Source: a virus. From it: a stretch of 64,000 nt of DNA. The translations under genes and the position numbers were made by a program. The DNA is taken from positions 41,738 to 105,737 of the IMG/VR virus record IMGVR_UViG_3300025634_000001. One strand, written 5' to 3'. Below are positions 28,370 through 38,579 of the stretch, in pieces. The notes beneath the pieces are model-generated. The model saw only the letters and a program-made list of their open reading frames with translations, was not told where the DNA came from and did no database searches. Each line of letters starts with the position of its first letter. The first letter of the stretch is position 1.

Positions 28370-29773
28370 TTGGCCAGCATTGTCATCTCAGCCAGTACCA
28401 CGTGGACCGCCCCCAGCAACATCTCCGGCGCACCCGAGGTCCAGGCCTGGGGTGAGAGCGGGACCGGCGGGACCAGCCTCAACGGCTCCCATTCCGGCGG
28501 GTCCAGCGGCTCGGGTGCCTACGCGGCGGAACCTGCTCTCGGCGGGGTGACCGCCGGGACCGTCCTGACGATCACCATCGGCACGGGCGGCAGCAGCACG
28601 GCCACGACCGTTACCGGCGGTTCGGTCGCGGTGACCGCGGCCTACGGCGGGAGCGCGTCGGGGTCCATCGCCGGGTCGGGCGGTGCGGCGGGTTCCAACA
28701 CTGTCGCCACGGCGGGCACGGGCGGCGAGAACGGCACCACGGGAAGCTCGAAGGGCGGCGGGGGCGGCCCCGGGTCGCCGGGGGCTTCCGGTTCCGGCGG
28801 CGCGGGCAGCCTCGGCGGGACGACCGGCGGGTCCGGCGGTACGGCGGGGTCCGGCGGCGGCGCAGCAGGCGGCGCGGGCGGCGGCCCCACATCCTCCGGG
28901 AACAGCGGCGGAACCCCCGGCGCGGGGTCCGGCGGCGGCGGGAACACCGGGAGCCGGCCCGGCGGGGCCGGCGTGCCCGGCCAGGTCATCATCACGTGGA
29001 CCGCTGTCAGCGGCTACCCGGCCGAGGACTACGCGGCGGGGTACGGGAAAGCGTCCGGCCTCAAGAAGGCCGCCGGGACTGTCAAGGGCTACGCGGCCGG
29101 GACCGGCACTGCGTCGGGTGCCAAGCATGCGTCCGGCACGGCGGCGGGCTACGCGGCGGGCACAGCGGTCATCAACCCGCCTCCGTCGTCGTCGTCCAGC
29201 GGCTACGGGTACGGGACCGGCACCGCTACCGGGATAGCGCACCGCAAGGGCACCGCGAAGGACTACGGGGCCGGGTACGGGCTCCTGACTGGCGCCGCGT
29301 TCAACCCCGGCGTCGTCAACGCGTGGGCTGACAGCTTCGCGCAGCCGTCTGCGTTCGGGCCGATGCCGCCCGCGTTGCAGTCCGTCAACGTGCCGCTGAC
29401 CGCCGCGTACAGCATCACCGGGGGGACCGGCGTCCCGTCGGAGGGTAACTGGCTGTTCTGCCTCGCCGGCTGGAACCAGGACGACGGGCTGCCCGCCCTC
29501 ACCGTCGGGGTAGCCGATGACATCCACAGCTACTGGCGACCCCAGTCCCCGTCCGTCTCGACGGGTAACACGCGGGCTGTGACCTGGTACACCGCGAACC
29601 TGGCGAGAATCCCCACGGTCGTCTACGTCGCGCCGAACGGGGCCTACGCGGGGATCGCGGTCATGGTCGTGGAAGTCGCCAACCTCGGCCCCTGGGACAC
29701 CGTGACGGGCTACGAGACGAACTACGCGGCCGGGGCCACATCCCTGCCGCTGACGCTCCCGGCACCCACCTAG
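28370..29773 (+). CDS. glycine-rich minor tail protein
   Basis: TWTAP..EVQAWG..GG..GQVIITW Gly-rich domain. Confidence 0.75.
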   Translation: MASIVISASTTWTAPSNISGAPEVQAWGESGTGGTSLNGSHSGGSSGSGAYAAEPALGGVTAGTVLTITIGTGGSSTATTVTGGSVAVTAAYGGSASGSIAGSGGAAGSNTVATAGTGGENGTTGSSKGGGGGPGSPGASGSGGAGSLGGTTGGSGGTAGSGGGAAGGAGGGPTSSGNSGGTPGAGSGGGGNTGSRPGGAGVPGQVIITWTAVSGYPAEDYAAGYGKASGLKKAAGTVKGYAAGTGTASGAKHASGTAAGYAAGTAVINPPPSSSSSGYGYGTGTATGIAHRKGTAKDYGAGYGLLTGAAFNPGVVNAWADSFAQPSAFGPMPPALQSVNVPLTAAYSITGGTGVPSEGNWLFCLAGWNQDDGLPALTVGVADDIHSYWRPQSPSVSTGNTRAVTWYTANLARIPTVVYVAPNGAYAGIAVMVVEVANLGPWDTVTGYETNYAAGATSLPLTLPAPT

Positions 29774-29818
29774 GCCCGGCAGTCACCAGGCGCCTTACGC
29801 ACTGAGGGGGAGGCGTCC

Positions 29819-31951
29819 GTGGCTACCGAGGTCTTCGCCAACGACCCGTCTACGACGATCAGCAGCGGCGGCACCACAGCACCCGCCAGCGGCACCACGG
29901 AAACCTGGACGGGCGCGTCCTGGGCGTCGTTCCCGGTCGCGGCCACGGGCGCGACCCAGTTCCACGTTTACGACACCGCCGCCGGGTACGGCAGCGAGCT
30001 GATCCTGGTCAGGAACATCTCCGGCACGACGGCGAGCGTCACCAGGGGCGCGGAGGGCACCACCCCGGTAGCCCACGTGACCGGGTTCACGGTCACCCAG
30101 CCGATCACGGCGGGGTTCCTGGGGAACCTGGTCCAGTGCGCCAGCATCGTCTCCTTCGGCGCGGACCCCACCGGGGCGGCCGACTCCACCGCCGCGATCC
30201 AGGCGGCATGGGAGAACGGCCTCCCCGTCTACGCGCCGGCCGGGAATTACCTCGTCGGCACGGGCGGCGTGTCCCTCATCTGGCAGCCGGGCCTGGTGTT
30301 CTTCGGCCCCTATGCGGGCACCTTTCCGGGCCTGGACACGATCCCCGGCATCGCCTACCTGCACCGGGTGGCCAGCACCAATGCGGACGTGATCCAGGTC
30401 CCGGACGGCACGAACTACGGCCGGATGTCCGACATCGCGATCGACGGGAACAAGACCCACAACACCGCCGGGTACGGGATCAACCTCCAGGACGGCGCCG
30501 CCCTCCAGGAAACGGAGATCCACTTCACCCGGTGCTTCATCCACGACAACCCGTACTCGAATTTCTACCTCGGCAACTTCCGGCTCGCGAACCGGCTGCG
30601 GGACTGCACGATCATGTACTCCGCGACGGGGGACGGTATCACCGTCGCGGGCACGGACAACATGATCTCCGGCAACATCATCGGCGACAACGGCCGGTGC
30701 GGCATCGCGGTCGGCACCACGATCTCCCAGAATTACGCCGCCTCGGGCACCGCGTGGGATCCGGCCGACACCCAGATCTACGGGAACAACATCTTCAAGA
30801 ACGACACCGGGATCGCCATCTCCAGTGGCGTGGACAACACGGTCCTGGCGATGAACATCATCAACCTGAATAACAGGCAGGGGATCACGGTCTACGACCA
30901 GACCTGCAACACGATCCACGCGAACATGCTCCACGGCAACAGCCAGGCCACGAACAACGGCTACGCCCACATCGACGTAGGGGCGTCCGTCACCGGGGTC
31001 TCCATCTCGGACAACATGTTCGGCGCGCCGGACGCCGGGACCACCAACGTCGCGTCGTGGTGCGTGAATGTCGGGTCCGGGGCGAGCCCGGGCACGATCA
31101 GCGGGAACCTCGGCACGATGAACGCCACGTCGTCCGTGAACGGGCTGATCAACCAGGCGGGCAGCAACGCCTCCCCGTCGATCATCTTCCCGTCGATGAT
31201 CGTCAAGGCGACGAGCTCATCGCAGAAAGTCTTCCAGCTGGAAAGCACGACGGGCTCTGTGCTGTTCAGCCTGACCAACGGCGGGTCATTCACGCTCCCG
31301 AACGGCGCCGGCCAGTTCGAGACCGCGCAGAACGTCTTCGGGTCCGCGACCGCGCTGGCCAGCGCGGTCGTGTCCCTCGTCGGCACGGCCACGGGGACGG
31401 CGCAGCTGAAGACGCAGCTGTTCGCCGGGCAGACCGCCGACATCGCCGACTTCTACGCCTCCAACGGGTCCACGCTGCTCGCCAAGATCACCGCAGCCGG
31501 GGTGTACGTCGGCCCGCAGGCGGCCTCAGTGAGCTACACCCCGTCCAACCCGACGGCGACGGCCAGCGGCACCCTGGTCATGATGGGACTCGGGACCACC
31601 TGCACCTTCACCCCGGGCGCGACCGGAATCGTGATGGCCACGGTGAACGGGTTCTGGAATACGGCCACGGCGTCAATTAACGGCACCCTGTCGGCGCGCT
31701 ACGGGACCGGGACCGCGCCCGCGAACGCCGCCGCCGTCACGGGCACCCGGTGGGGCACCGGCACGAGCGACCCGTCGATCAACGCGGCCCGCTCCCAGTC
31801 CGGCGCGGTCCCGTTCTCGTTCACCCAGGTCATCACCGGCCTGACGGTCGCCACCGCCTACTGGTTCGACCTGGCCACGAGCACGAGCAACCCGTCGGAC
31901 TCGGCCACCGTCACGAACGTGACGATGAGCTTCACGGAACTGCCCGCCTGA
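29819..31951 (+). CDS. tailspike / right-handed beta-helix (pectate-lyase-like) receptor-binding protein
   Basis: VTRGAEGT..VAH anchor; FGADPTGAADSTAAIQAA..VYAPAGNY; Asn-ladder repeats. Confidence 0.85.
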   Translation: MATEVFANDPSTTISSGGTTAPASGTTETWTGASWASFPVAATGATQFHVYDTAAGYGSELILVRNISGTTASVTRGAEGTTPVAHVTGFTVTQPITAGFLGNLVQCASIVSFGADPTGAADSTAAIQAAWENGLPVYAPAGNYLVGTGGVSLIWQPGLVFFGPYAGTFPGLDTIPGIAYLHRVASTNADVIQVPDGTNYGRMSDIAIDGNKTHNTAGYGINLQDGAALQETEIHFTRCFIHDNPYSNFYLGNFRLANRLRDCTIMYSATGDGITVAGTDNMISGNIIGDNGRCGIAVGTTISQNYAASGTAWDPADTQIYGNNIFKNDTGIAISSGVDNTVLAMNIINLNNRQGITVYDQTCNTIHANMLHGNSQATNNGYAHIDVGASVTGVSISDNMFGAPDAGTTNVASWCVNVGSGASPGTISGNLGTMNATSSVNGLINQAGSNASPSIIFPSMIVKATSSSQKVFQLESTTGSVLFSLTNGGSFTLPNGAGQFETAQNVFGSATALASAVVSLVGTATGTAQLKTQLFAGQTADIADFYASNGSTLLAKITAAGVYVGPQAASVSYTPSNPTATASGTLVMMGLGTTCTFTPGATGIVMATVNGFWNTATASINGTLSARYGTGTAPANAAAVTGTRWGTGTSDPSINAARSQSGAVPFSFTQVITGLTVATAYWFDLATSTSNPSDSATVTNVTMSFTELPA

Positions 31952-31978
31952 TGCGGGCCTCCGTCCGGGGGTGAGCGG

Positions 31979-34957
31979 ATGAACGCCTCCGCGGTCCCCG
32001 GCCGCGCTGTCCCCGGCCTGGCCGTCCCCGGCTACCACGGAGGGGCGCCCGTGGCTGTCAACGCGTTCACGATCGCGTTCACCTGCGGCGACAACACCAG
32101 CGCCACGCAGGCGTTCGCCCCGGCCGGCTGGACGACGCTCCCGGCCGTCACCGCCAGCAATGGTGTAGACCACTCGTGCGATGTGGTCCTGACCGCCGCG
32201 TGGACCGTCACCTCATCCGCCGTCTCCGTCACCGGCACCGCGGGGACAGCAGAAGACCTCTCCGGGGCCATCATCGGCGTCCAGGTCGACGCACCCAGCC
32301 CCATCCCCGCCGTGTCCGGGGTATCACCGGGATGGGCCGGGCGGACCATCCTGCAGGCCGCGCTCGGGTCCGGCTTCCAGACCCCCGCCGACGAGATGAC
32401 CTGGACCACCCTCTCCGACTCCGCAGCCGCACCGGGAAGCATCAAGCGGCTCTGGTCATGGTCGGAGACCAGCACCGGCATCCCGTACGCTCTCGGGCAG
32501 CTCCAGTCTTCCGAGGGCACCGTCGAGATCGACAACGCCGACGGGGAAGTCACCCCCTCCAACGCCGCCAGCGCCTACTTCCCCGACGTCACCACCGGCA
32601 CCCCTTTGCGGATGCTGTTCGCGCTCGGCACCTACGGCGGGGTTCCGGTCGACCGCTGGTACTGCTGGCAGCGGAACGCCCTGGACTGGACCGAGAAACG
32701 CGACGAGTCGCTCCGCAACTACGTCGAGACCGGCCTCACCGACGGCTGGTCCGTCGTCGGCGCGTCCTGCCCCACCCCGTACCGGGGGGAAGTCCTCCAG
32801 GACGGCCCGTACGCGTGGTGGCCGATGGACGACCAGCCGCTCTCCGGCGGGGTCCTCCCGACTGCGCTGCTCAACGCCGCGCCGGGGAACAGCAGCACCC
32901 TCAACGTCCTCGCCAACTCGGTCACCGCAGGCGACCAGTACTCCACCACGGGCACCGACCTGACCACCGACGGGACCGTCCTCACCGGCATCCCCGCCGG
33001 GAACCCGCCCCCCAGCGTGGCCGTCTACGGCGCCGGCACGAACCCGGGCTGGATGTACGGCGACCCCCAGTCCTCCCCGAGCTCGTACAGCACCGGCAAC
33101 CCCGTCACGTCCAGCCCCGGGTCCGCCGCATGGCAGCAGACCGGCCTCCTCGGCAACACCGGGGCCAACGGCTGGTTCCTCGCCGCCAACGACACCGGTT
33201 TCCCGCCGCTGTCCGGCGGGATGACGTTCGGGCTGTGGTTCAACGCCACGTTCTTCGGCACCGCGACCGGGTTCACCGACACGGGCAACTCCACGTTCAA
33301 CGTCGCCGGGCAGCCCTACGGCCAGATCACCCTCGCCACCCTCGCGACCGCATCGAACGCCGTCGCGATCCTCTACCTCGACATCAGCGGTCACCTGATC
33401 CTGGAGACGTTCGCCGGGTCAACGGGGACCACGCACTCCATCTACAGTTCATCGGACCTGCGCTCATCCTCGTTCCACTCGGTGAAGATCGCCCTGACCA
33501 CGACCACGTGGACGGTGTACGTCGACGGCGGCCAGACCGCCCTCGTGTCCGGCACCGCGGCGGGCATGACCAGCGCGTGGACGTGGCTGATCCTCGGCGC
33601 CGACTGCGGCACCGCAGGCGGCTCGAGCCTGGGCAGCGCCGTCCACATGAGCAACATCGCCCTGTCCCACGCCGAGGTGTACCCGGGACTGCTCCCCGCA
33701 TGGCGGGAACTCAGCCACTACGCTGCGGCGACAACCGGGTTCGGTACCATCCCCGCACCCCAGTCCGTCGCCGTCAGCACGGTCGGGAACCAGCTCGCCG
33801 GGGTGGGGTATGTCCCCGATGGAAGCGAGTTCCGGGGGTCCTACGGAAGCAGCGGCAGCGCCGCCACCGCGTTCGGGTTCTCCGCCCTGGTCACCGCCGG
33901 GATCGGCTCGTACAGCAGCGGACCCTCGGCACGGTCCACCATCGCCGCGATCGGCGGCAATACCGGCGGGACGATCGTCGGGAAAGCCTCGTGGGTGTCG
34001 TGGACGTCGCTGGCCCCCCAGTCCGTCGTCTACACGGCGGCGTCCGCGAACGCGGAGACCAGTGCGGGGACCGCGGACGGGTCCGGGCTGGCGTTCACCG
34101 CCGGGTACGGCGGGTCGGCTACGGCGGCGGGAGTGTGCAAGACAGGCGGCGGAGCCGGGGCGTCGCCGCCTACAGGGCCTGACGCGCTCGGGGACACGGT
34201 AGCGAACCGGCTAGAGCGGATCCTTTCGTACGGCGGGGTGACCTCGCCCAACCGGGCCATCGACGCGACAGCCTCTGCGCTGGTCCAGGCGGCCCTCGAC
34301 GTGGGCGGCCAGCAGGCGGGCGCGAGTATCGCGTCGATCGTCAGCAGTGACTACGGGATGCTGTTCGTTGACAGCAACGGCACGACCTGCTACAAGAGCC
34401 GGCCTCACCTCAGCTCGGACACGGTGGTCTGGAACATCAGCTCGGCAGGCCCGGACTACGGCTACCCGTACAGCAAAGACCAGAACTTCGGAAATGATCC
34501 TCAGTTCGTCTATAACGTCATCCAGGTAAACCAGTACTCGCCCGACGGCGCGAGTTTGCCTGCTACCACGCCGGCTAACGCGAGCGCCGCGACAGCCTCT
34601 CAGTCGCAATACGGGCCGCGCCCGCTCAGCGTCGGGACCACGAGCTACCTGCAGAGCACGGCACTCATCCAGTCGGCTGTCAACTGGCTTCTCAGTACGT
34701 TCGGCGCGCTCGAGCGCAGGGTGCTGACCGCCACCGTCGACGCCGCCGGGTACCCGCCCGCATGGCCGTACGTTCTTTCCGTCCAGTGCGGAGATCTTCT
34801 CCAGATCACGGACCAGCCGATGCAGGGCGGCCCGCTCAGCGTCGGCACCTACCGCGTGAGCCTGATCAGCCGGAAGGTGGCGTTCGGGGCCAACGGGTCC
34901 AAGCCGACCGGGGCCGTGACGGTCACCTGCGATCCCGTTCCCGCCAGCTACTTCTGA
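31979..34957 (+). CDS. large minor tail/hub protein with LamG-like domain
   Basis: DGPYAWWPMDD (LamG entry); tail-hub-like C-terminus (SQSQYGPR, GDLLQITD). Confidence 0.75.
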   Translation: MNASAVPGRAVPGLAVPGYHGGAPVAVNAFTIAFTCGDNTSATQAFAPAGWTTLPAVTASNGVDHSCDVVLTAAWTVTSSAVSVTGTAGTAEDLSGAIIGVQVDAPSPIPAVSGVSPGWAGRTILQAALGSGFQTPADEMTWTTLSDSAAAPGSIKRLWSWSETSTGIPYALGQLQSSEGTVEIDNADGEVTPSNAASAYFPDVTTGTPLRMLFALGTYGGVPVDRWYCWQRNALDWTEKRDESLRNYVETGLTDGWSVVGASCPTPYRGEVLQDGPYAWWPMDDQPLSGGVLPTALLNAAPGNSSTLNVLANSVTAGDQYSTTGTDLTTDGTVLTGIPAGNPPPSVAVYGAGTNPGWMYGDPQSSPSSYSTGNPVTSSPGSAAWQQTGLLGNTGANGWFLAANDTGFPPLSGGMTFGLWFNATFFGTATGFTDTGNSTFNVAGQPYGQITLATLATASNAVAILYLDISGHLILETFAGSTGTTHSIYSSSDLRSSSFHSVKIALTTTTWTVYVDGGQTALVSGTAAGMTSAWTWLILGADCGTAGGSSLGSAVHMSNIALSHAEVYPGLLPAWRELSHYAAATTGFGTIPAPQSVAVSTVGNQLAGVGYVPDGSEFRGSYGSSGSAATAFGFSALVTAGIGSYSSGPSARSTIAAIGGNTGGTIVGKASWVSWTSLAPQSVVYTAASANAETSAGTADGSGLAFTAGYGGSATAAGVCKTGGGAGASPPTGPDALGDTVANRLERILSYGGVTSPNRAIDATASALVQAALDVGGQQAGASIASIVSSDYGMLFVDSNGTTCYKSRPHLSSDTVVWNISSAGPDYGYPYSKDQNFGNDPQFVYNVIQVNQYSPDGASLPATTPANASAATASQSQYGPRPLSVGTTSYLQSTALIQSAVNWLLSTFGALERRVLTATVDAAGYPPAWPYVLSVQCGDLLQITDQPMQGGPLSVGTYRVSLISRKVAFGANGSKPTGAVTVTCDPVPASYF

Positions 34958-34970
34958 CCGGGGGTGAACC

Positions 34971-35138
34971 GTGGCCGTCGTTTTCAAGGCCCCGAACCGC
35001 GTCCAGGAACTGGCGCCCCCGCACCGCAAGGGGACAGTCAGGCACGTGGCAGGCACAGGCTCGAACGCCACCGTGACCGTCAACCTCGACGGACGCGCCC
35101 CCACGTCGTTCCGTCCCGCGCAGCTGAAGCTCATCTGA
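34971..35138 (+). CDS. small hypothetical protein (55 aa, SH3-like pattern)
   Basis: GTG start after GGGGG; MAVVFKAPNRV...QLKLI; not in the ORF track. Confidence 0.5.
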   Translation: MAVVFKAPNRVQELAPPHRKGTVRHVAGTGSNATVTVNLDGRAPTSFRPAQLKLI

Positions 35139-35178
35139 CCCGCAGGCAGTACGCCCGCACTGCATGAAGGGGGGCGTA

Positions 35179-35451
35179 TTGACATCTGGGGAAGCACTGG
35201 CCATCGGCATCCCGCTGATCGTCTTCATCCTCGGGGGCATCGCGACCGGTATCACGATGCTGGTCAAAGGGTCCGCCTACATGGCCAGGAGCGCGGTGGC
35301 GCAGGAGTCCACGGCCACGTCGAACGCCGAGATCAACGAGACGCTGAAGGCGTACATGGCGAGCAATGACGCGCGAGTCAACGACCTGGACCGCCGGGTG
35401 TACCTGATCGAGGACTGGCGCGACCGGGACCGGGAGAGGGGGCACCTGTGA
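35179..35451 (+). CDS. membrane protein, holin-like
   Basis: N-terminal TM plus coiled coil, in lysis region. Confidence 0.55.
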   Translation: MTSGEALAIGIPLIVFILGGIATGITMLVKGSAYMARSAVAQESTATSNAEINETLKAYMASNDARVNDLDRRVYLIEDWRDRDRERGHL

Positions 35452-35696
35452 ACGTCATCAGGAGACGCGCTGTCGTCCTCGGCTCCGCCGCCTTCGCCGC
35501 TGTCGTCCTGACCGTGACCGCGTGCATCGGCGGGTCCTACGTCGTGGCCCTGAATGCCCTGCACAATCACAACAACCTGTCCGTGAAGCAAGCCTGCGCG
35601 CACTGGGGCTGGATCTATCAGGCCACCGCGCATGACGGGACACCTGTGCTGCATGCCGCGGTGAAACGGACCCTCGCCCAGCTGGACTGCAAGTGA
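35448..35696 (+). CDS. membrane protein
   Basis: N-terminal TM, two Cys. Confidence 0.6.
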   Translation: MNVIRRRAVVLGSAAFAAVVLTVTACIGGSYVVALNALHNHNNLSVKQACAHWGWIYQATAHDGTPVLHAAVKRTLAQLDCK

Positions 35697-36031
35697 CCGG
35701 GCACGGTGCCGACGACCGGCACAGGCGGCAGCGGAAGACCGGGGTGCTCCTCGTCGCCGCGGGGATCGTCCTGCTCGGCGGGATCATCGCCGGGAACTAC
35801 TACCTGACCATCGGGGTAGCGACCCGCACTGCCACCGCGCAGCAGCGGGCAGGGGTCGTTCTCGGCGAGCGGCTGTGCACGACGTTCGGGAGACTCGCGG
35901 CGCTGAAGCCGCCACCCGGAAACCCTGCCGTTAACCCCAGCCGGGCGTACGAGCAAGAAGAACACGCGACCCTTGACCAGCTCGGCACTGACCTCGGCTG
36001 CAAAGTTACCGGACCCCGGAAAGGCAAGTGA
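35693..36031 (+). CDS. membrane protein
   Basis: N-terminal TM, two Cys; GTGA overlap. Confidence 0.6.
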   Translation: MTGHGADDRHRRQRKTGVLLVAAGIVLLGGIIAGNYYLTIGVATRTATAQQRAGVVLGERLCTTFGRLAALKPPPGNPAVNPSRAYEQEEHATLDQLGTDLGCKVTGPRKGK

Positions 36032-36035
36032 CCTA

Positions 36036-36197
36036 ATGATCTTCATCTCTGCTCTCGCGTTTGCTGTTGCCCTGATCCTCGACTTGGCCGGGGTCAGTAA
36101 GGGTCACGTCGACCCGGTGACATTCATGCTCGCGGGCCTGCTGTTCCTCGCGCTCGCCGGCTGCCCGTGGGGCTGGCTGCCGCGCCGCACGCCGTAG
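36036..36197 (+). CDS. small two-TM protein (holin candidate)
   Basis: Two hydrophobic segments. Confidence 0.55.
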   Translation: MIFISALAFAVALILDLAGVSKGHVDPVTFMLAGLLFLALAGCPWGWLPRRTP

Positions 36198-36238
36198 CCG
36201 CGGTCGTCGCTGTCCTGCCTCCCGGGGGGTGCTGCCTG

Positions 36239-36580
36239 ATGTGGTGGTGGCACGCCTTCCAGCACTGGCTCGCCTATCACACGGGCAGCCTCAACGAGCC
36301 GGGGGTCGCGCCGGGAGGCGCATTCTGGGGCGGTATCGCGTCCGACCTCGGCGAAGTGACGCTGGTCGGCGGGATGATCGCGATCTACCGCAAGCACGCG
36401 TGCCATACAAGGTGGTGCCTGCGGTTCGGCCGCCACGACTTCACCGACGAGGCGACCAAGATCACCTATCGTCTTTGCCGCCGTTGCCATCCCGCGCATC
36501 CGGGGCGCCCGCTCACCAAGCTCCACATTGCCCTTATCCATCAGCGGAACCAAGGAGGCCACCGTGACGCGCAGAACTGA
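36239..36580 (+). CDS. membrane protein with Cys/His cluster
   Basis: FWGGIASDLGE..CH..WC.R.G.H..CRRCHP. Confidence 0.6.
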   Translation: MWWWHAFQHWLAYHTGSLNEPGVAPGGAFWGGIASDLGEVTLVGGMIAIYRKHACHTRWCLRFGRHDFTDEATKITYRLCRRCHPAHPGRPLTKLHIALIHQRNQGGHRDAQN

Positions 36581-36836
36581 CCAGTCCGACCGCATCGAGG
36601 CGTCCCTGGATCGCGTCGAGGGGGCGCTGTCCAGGATCGCGGATGCGCTGAACCCCGCCACGGCGGGCGGCGTGGCTGCCGTCGCCGCCGACGCTAAGGA
36701 TGCCCGCGCTGAGGCGTCAGCGGCACGGACCGAGATGACCGCGCTCCGCGAGCTCATGACGACGCTGGCGGCCCGCCCATCGCCGCAGACGGTCATGACG
36801 CCCTCGGCGAAGACCCGCAAGGGGGCGGGGGCGTGA
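36564..36836 (+). CDS. coiled-coil hypothetical protein
   Basis: AAGGAGG RBS. Confidence 0.6.
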   Translation: MTRRTDQSDRIEASLDRVEGALSRIADALNPATAGGVAAVAADAKDARAEASAARTEMTALRELMTTLAARPSPQTVMTPSAKTRKGAGA

Positions 36837-36946
36837 ACGGGTTCTGCTTCAGGTGCGGCGCCTTCGGGCTGCTCGGCCGGGCTACGGCATGGTGCGGCAA
36901 ATGCACGGACCGGTGGCACCGGGACCGCCAGCGAGGACCGCGATGA
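36833..36946 (+). CDS. tiny CxxC..CxxC protein (37 aa)
   Basis: GTGA and ATGA overlaps on both sides. Confidence 0.45.
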   Translation: MNGFCFRCGAFGLLGRATAWCGKCTDRWHRDRQRGPR

Positions 36947-37701
36947 CGCCGCTGAAGCTGTCCGTCGACTCCGAGGGACGCGTTCACGGCCCGCGCATCA
37001 CCTGGAACGACCCGTGGCCCTGCCGCAACGGGGACGCCGGGGGGATGAAGGTCCCGTCCGGGGTGCTCGGGATGCTTGTCCACACCCAGGTTGGCAACAA
37101 TCCGGGATCTGTCAGCTGGTTCAATAACAGCGCATCTCAGGCATCGGCACATTTCTGCGTGGCCCAAGATGGCTCGATCGTGCAGATGGGACCGGTCAAC
37201 GGGTGGAAGGCGTGGCATGCCGCCGAGGGCAATCCCCACTGGTTCGGCTGTGAGTTCGCCGACGACGGCAACCCCGCGAACCCGCTCACCGCATCGCAGG
37301 TCATCGCCGGGGCGCAGCTCCTCGAGCTGCTGTCGCGGCCCGATGTCGGCCGGTTCCCCCTCCAGATGAGCAACTCGCCGAGCACCGAGGGGCTCGGCTG
37401 GCACGGGATGGGCGGCGTCGCGTTCGGCGGCCACTTCGACTGCCCCGGCGACACCCGCAAAGCCCAGCGACCGCGGATCATCGCGCTGGCCGCGGCCATC
37501 CGGGCGGGCGGATCGCAGGCGGGACCGTTCCGGCACACCGCGCCGGGCGGGAAGACGCTCGGCGAGATAGCAGCCGCGCGCAGTACGACGCCGGAGCACG
37601 TCTTCGGCGTGTCCGCGAAGGCCTACACCGCCGCGGACGTGGCCGTGATCGCCACGCTGCCGCTGCCGCCCGGTTTCCCGTATTACACATCCAGCCCCTG
37701 A
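36943..37701 (+). CDS. endolysin, N-acetylmuramoyl-L-alanine amidase (Amidase_2) with LysM-like tail
   Basis: LVHT, ASAHFCVAQDG.IVQ, AWHA..GN..GCE, H.DCPG; KTLGEIAA. Confidence 0.9.
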   Translation: MTPLKLSVDSEGRVHGPRITWNDPWPCRNGDAGGMKVPSGVLGMLVHTQVGNNPGSVSWFNNSASQASAHFCVAQDGSIVQMGPVNGWKAWHAAEGNPHWFGCEFADDGNPANPLTASQVIAGAQLLELLSRPDVGRFPLQMSNSPSTEGLGWHGMGGVAFGGHFDCPGDTRKAQRPRIIALAAAIRAGGSQAGPFRHTAPGGKTLGEIAAARSTTPEHVFGVSAKAYTAADVAVIATLPLPPGFPYYTSSP

Positions 37702-37713
37702 TCGGAGCCCGTC

Positions 37714-38577
37714 TTGACCCTGAAGCTAGGCCGCCTTCCCGGCCAGATCCCGGCGGGACTGCGGGACCTCACCTTCTACTCGGCCGGGCCGCTCCCGAAG
37801 CCGCCGCCGAGCGTGACCATCCCCGCCGTCCCAGCGTGGGGCATGGACGGCAACGACGTCTACGGAGACTGTGGCGTTGCCGGGATCACCCACGGCTTCC
37901 AGGCCGCCGCAGCGGACACCCGCGAGACCGAAGCGTTCCCGCCCGCCGCCGAGGTCATCAGCTACTACCTGAAGTACACGGGCGGCCAGGACTCCGGTGT
38001 CGTCCTCTCTCAGTTCCTCGCCTACGTCCGTGCGCACGGGTTCTACGGCCACTCGGTAGCCGCCTACGCCCCCGTCGCCGTCCACGACGTGCCGACTCTC
38101 CAGTTCTGCATCGACGCCTACGACTTCGCCTATGTGGGCATCACGGTCACCCAGGGCATGATGGACGCCGCCCAGGGCCCCGGGCCGTGGACATGGACTG
38201 CTGAGGACGCCGCAGGTGCCGAGATCGGCGGGCACTGCATCATCCTCGTGGCCTACGACAGCCAGTGGCTCTACGGCGTCACCTGGGGCCAGGTCGTCCG
38301 CATCGCCTACCCGGCCTGGCACCGGATGAGCGACGAGGCGTGGGCGGTCCTGCCGGGTGAGATCCGCACCGCGGGTACTGACGGCCACGGGATCAACATC
38401 GCCGCGCTGAACGCCGACATGCCCCGCCTCGACGGGACCGCAGGCCAGCCCGCAGCCGGCCCGGCCGGGCATGAGGGCCTTCTGGGTGAGCTCGCCGCCG
38501 CTGTCCGGGACGTGGCCGCAAGCACCGAGAAGGACGTCACGGAACTCCTTTCCTTCCTCGCATCGAAGGGGCTCTAG
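37714..38577 (+). CDS. papain-like cysteine peptidase
   Basis: GND.YGDCGVAG (Cys), GGHCIILVAYD (His), VTWG. Confidence 0.75.
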   Translation: MTLKLGRLPGQIPAGLRDLTFYSAGPLPKPPPSVTIPAVPAWGMDGNDVYGDCGVAGITHGFQAAAADTRETEAFPPAAEVISYYLKYTGGQDSGVVLSQFLAYVRAHGFYGHSVAAYAPVAVHDVPTLQFCIDAYDFAYVGITVTQGMMDAAQGPGPWTWTAEDAAGAEIGGHCIILVAYDSQWLYGVTWGQVVRIAYPAWHRMSDEAWAVLPGEIRTAGTDGHGINIAALNADMPRLDGTAGQPAAGPAGHEGLLGELAAAVRDVAASTEKDVTELLSFLASKGL

Positions 38578-38579
38578 CC

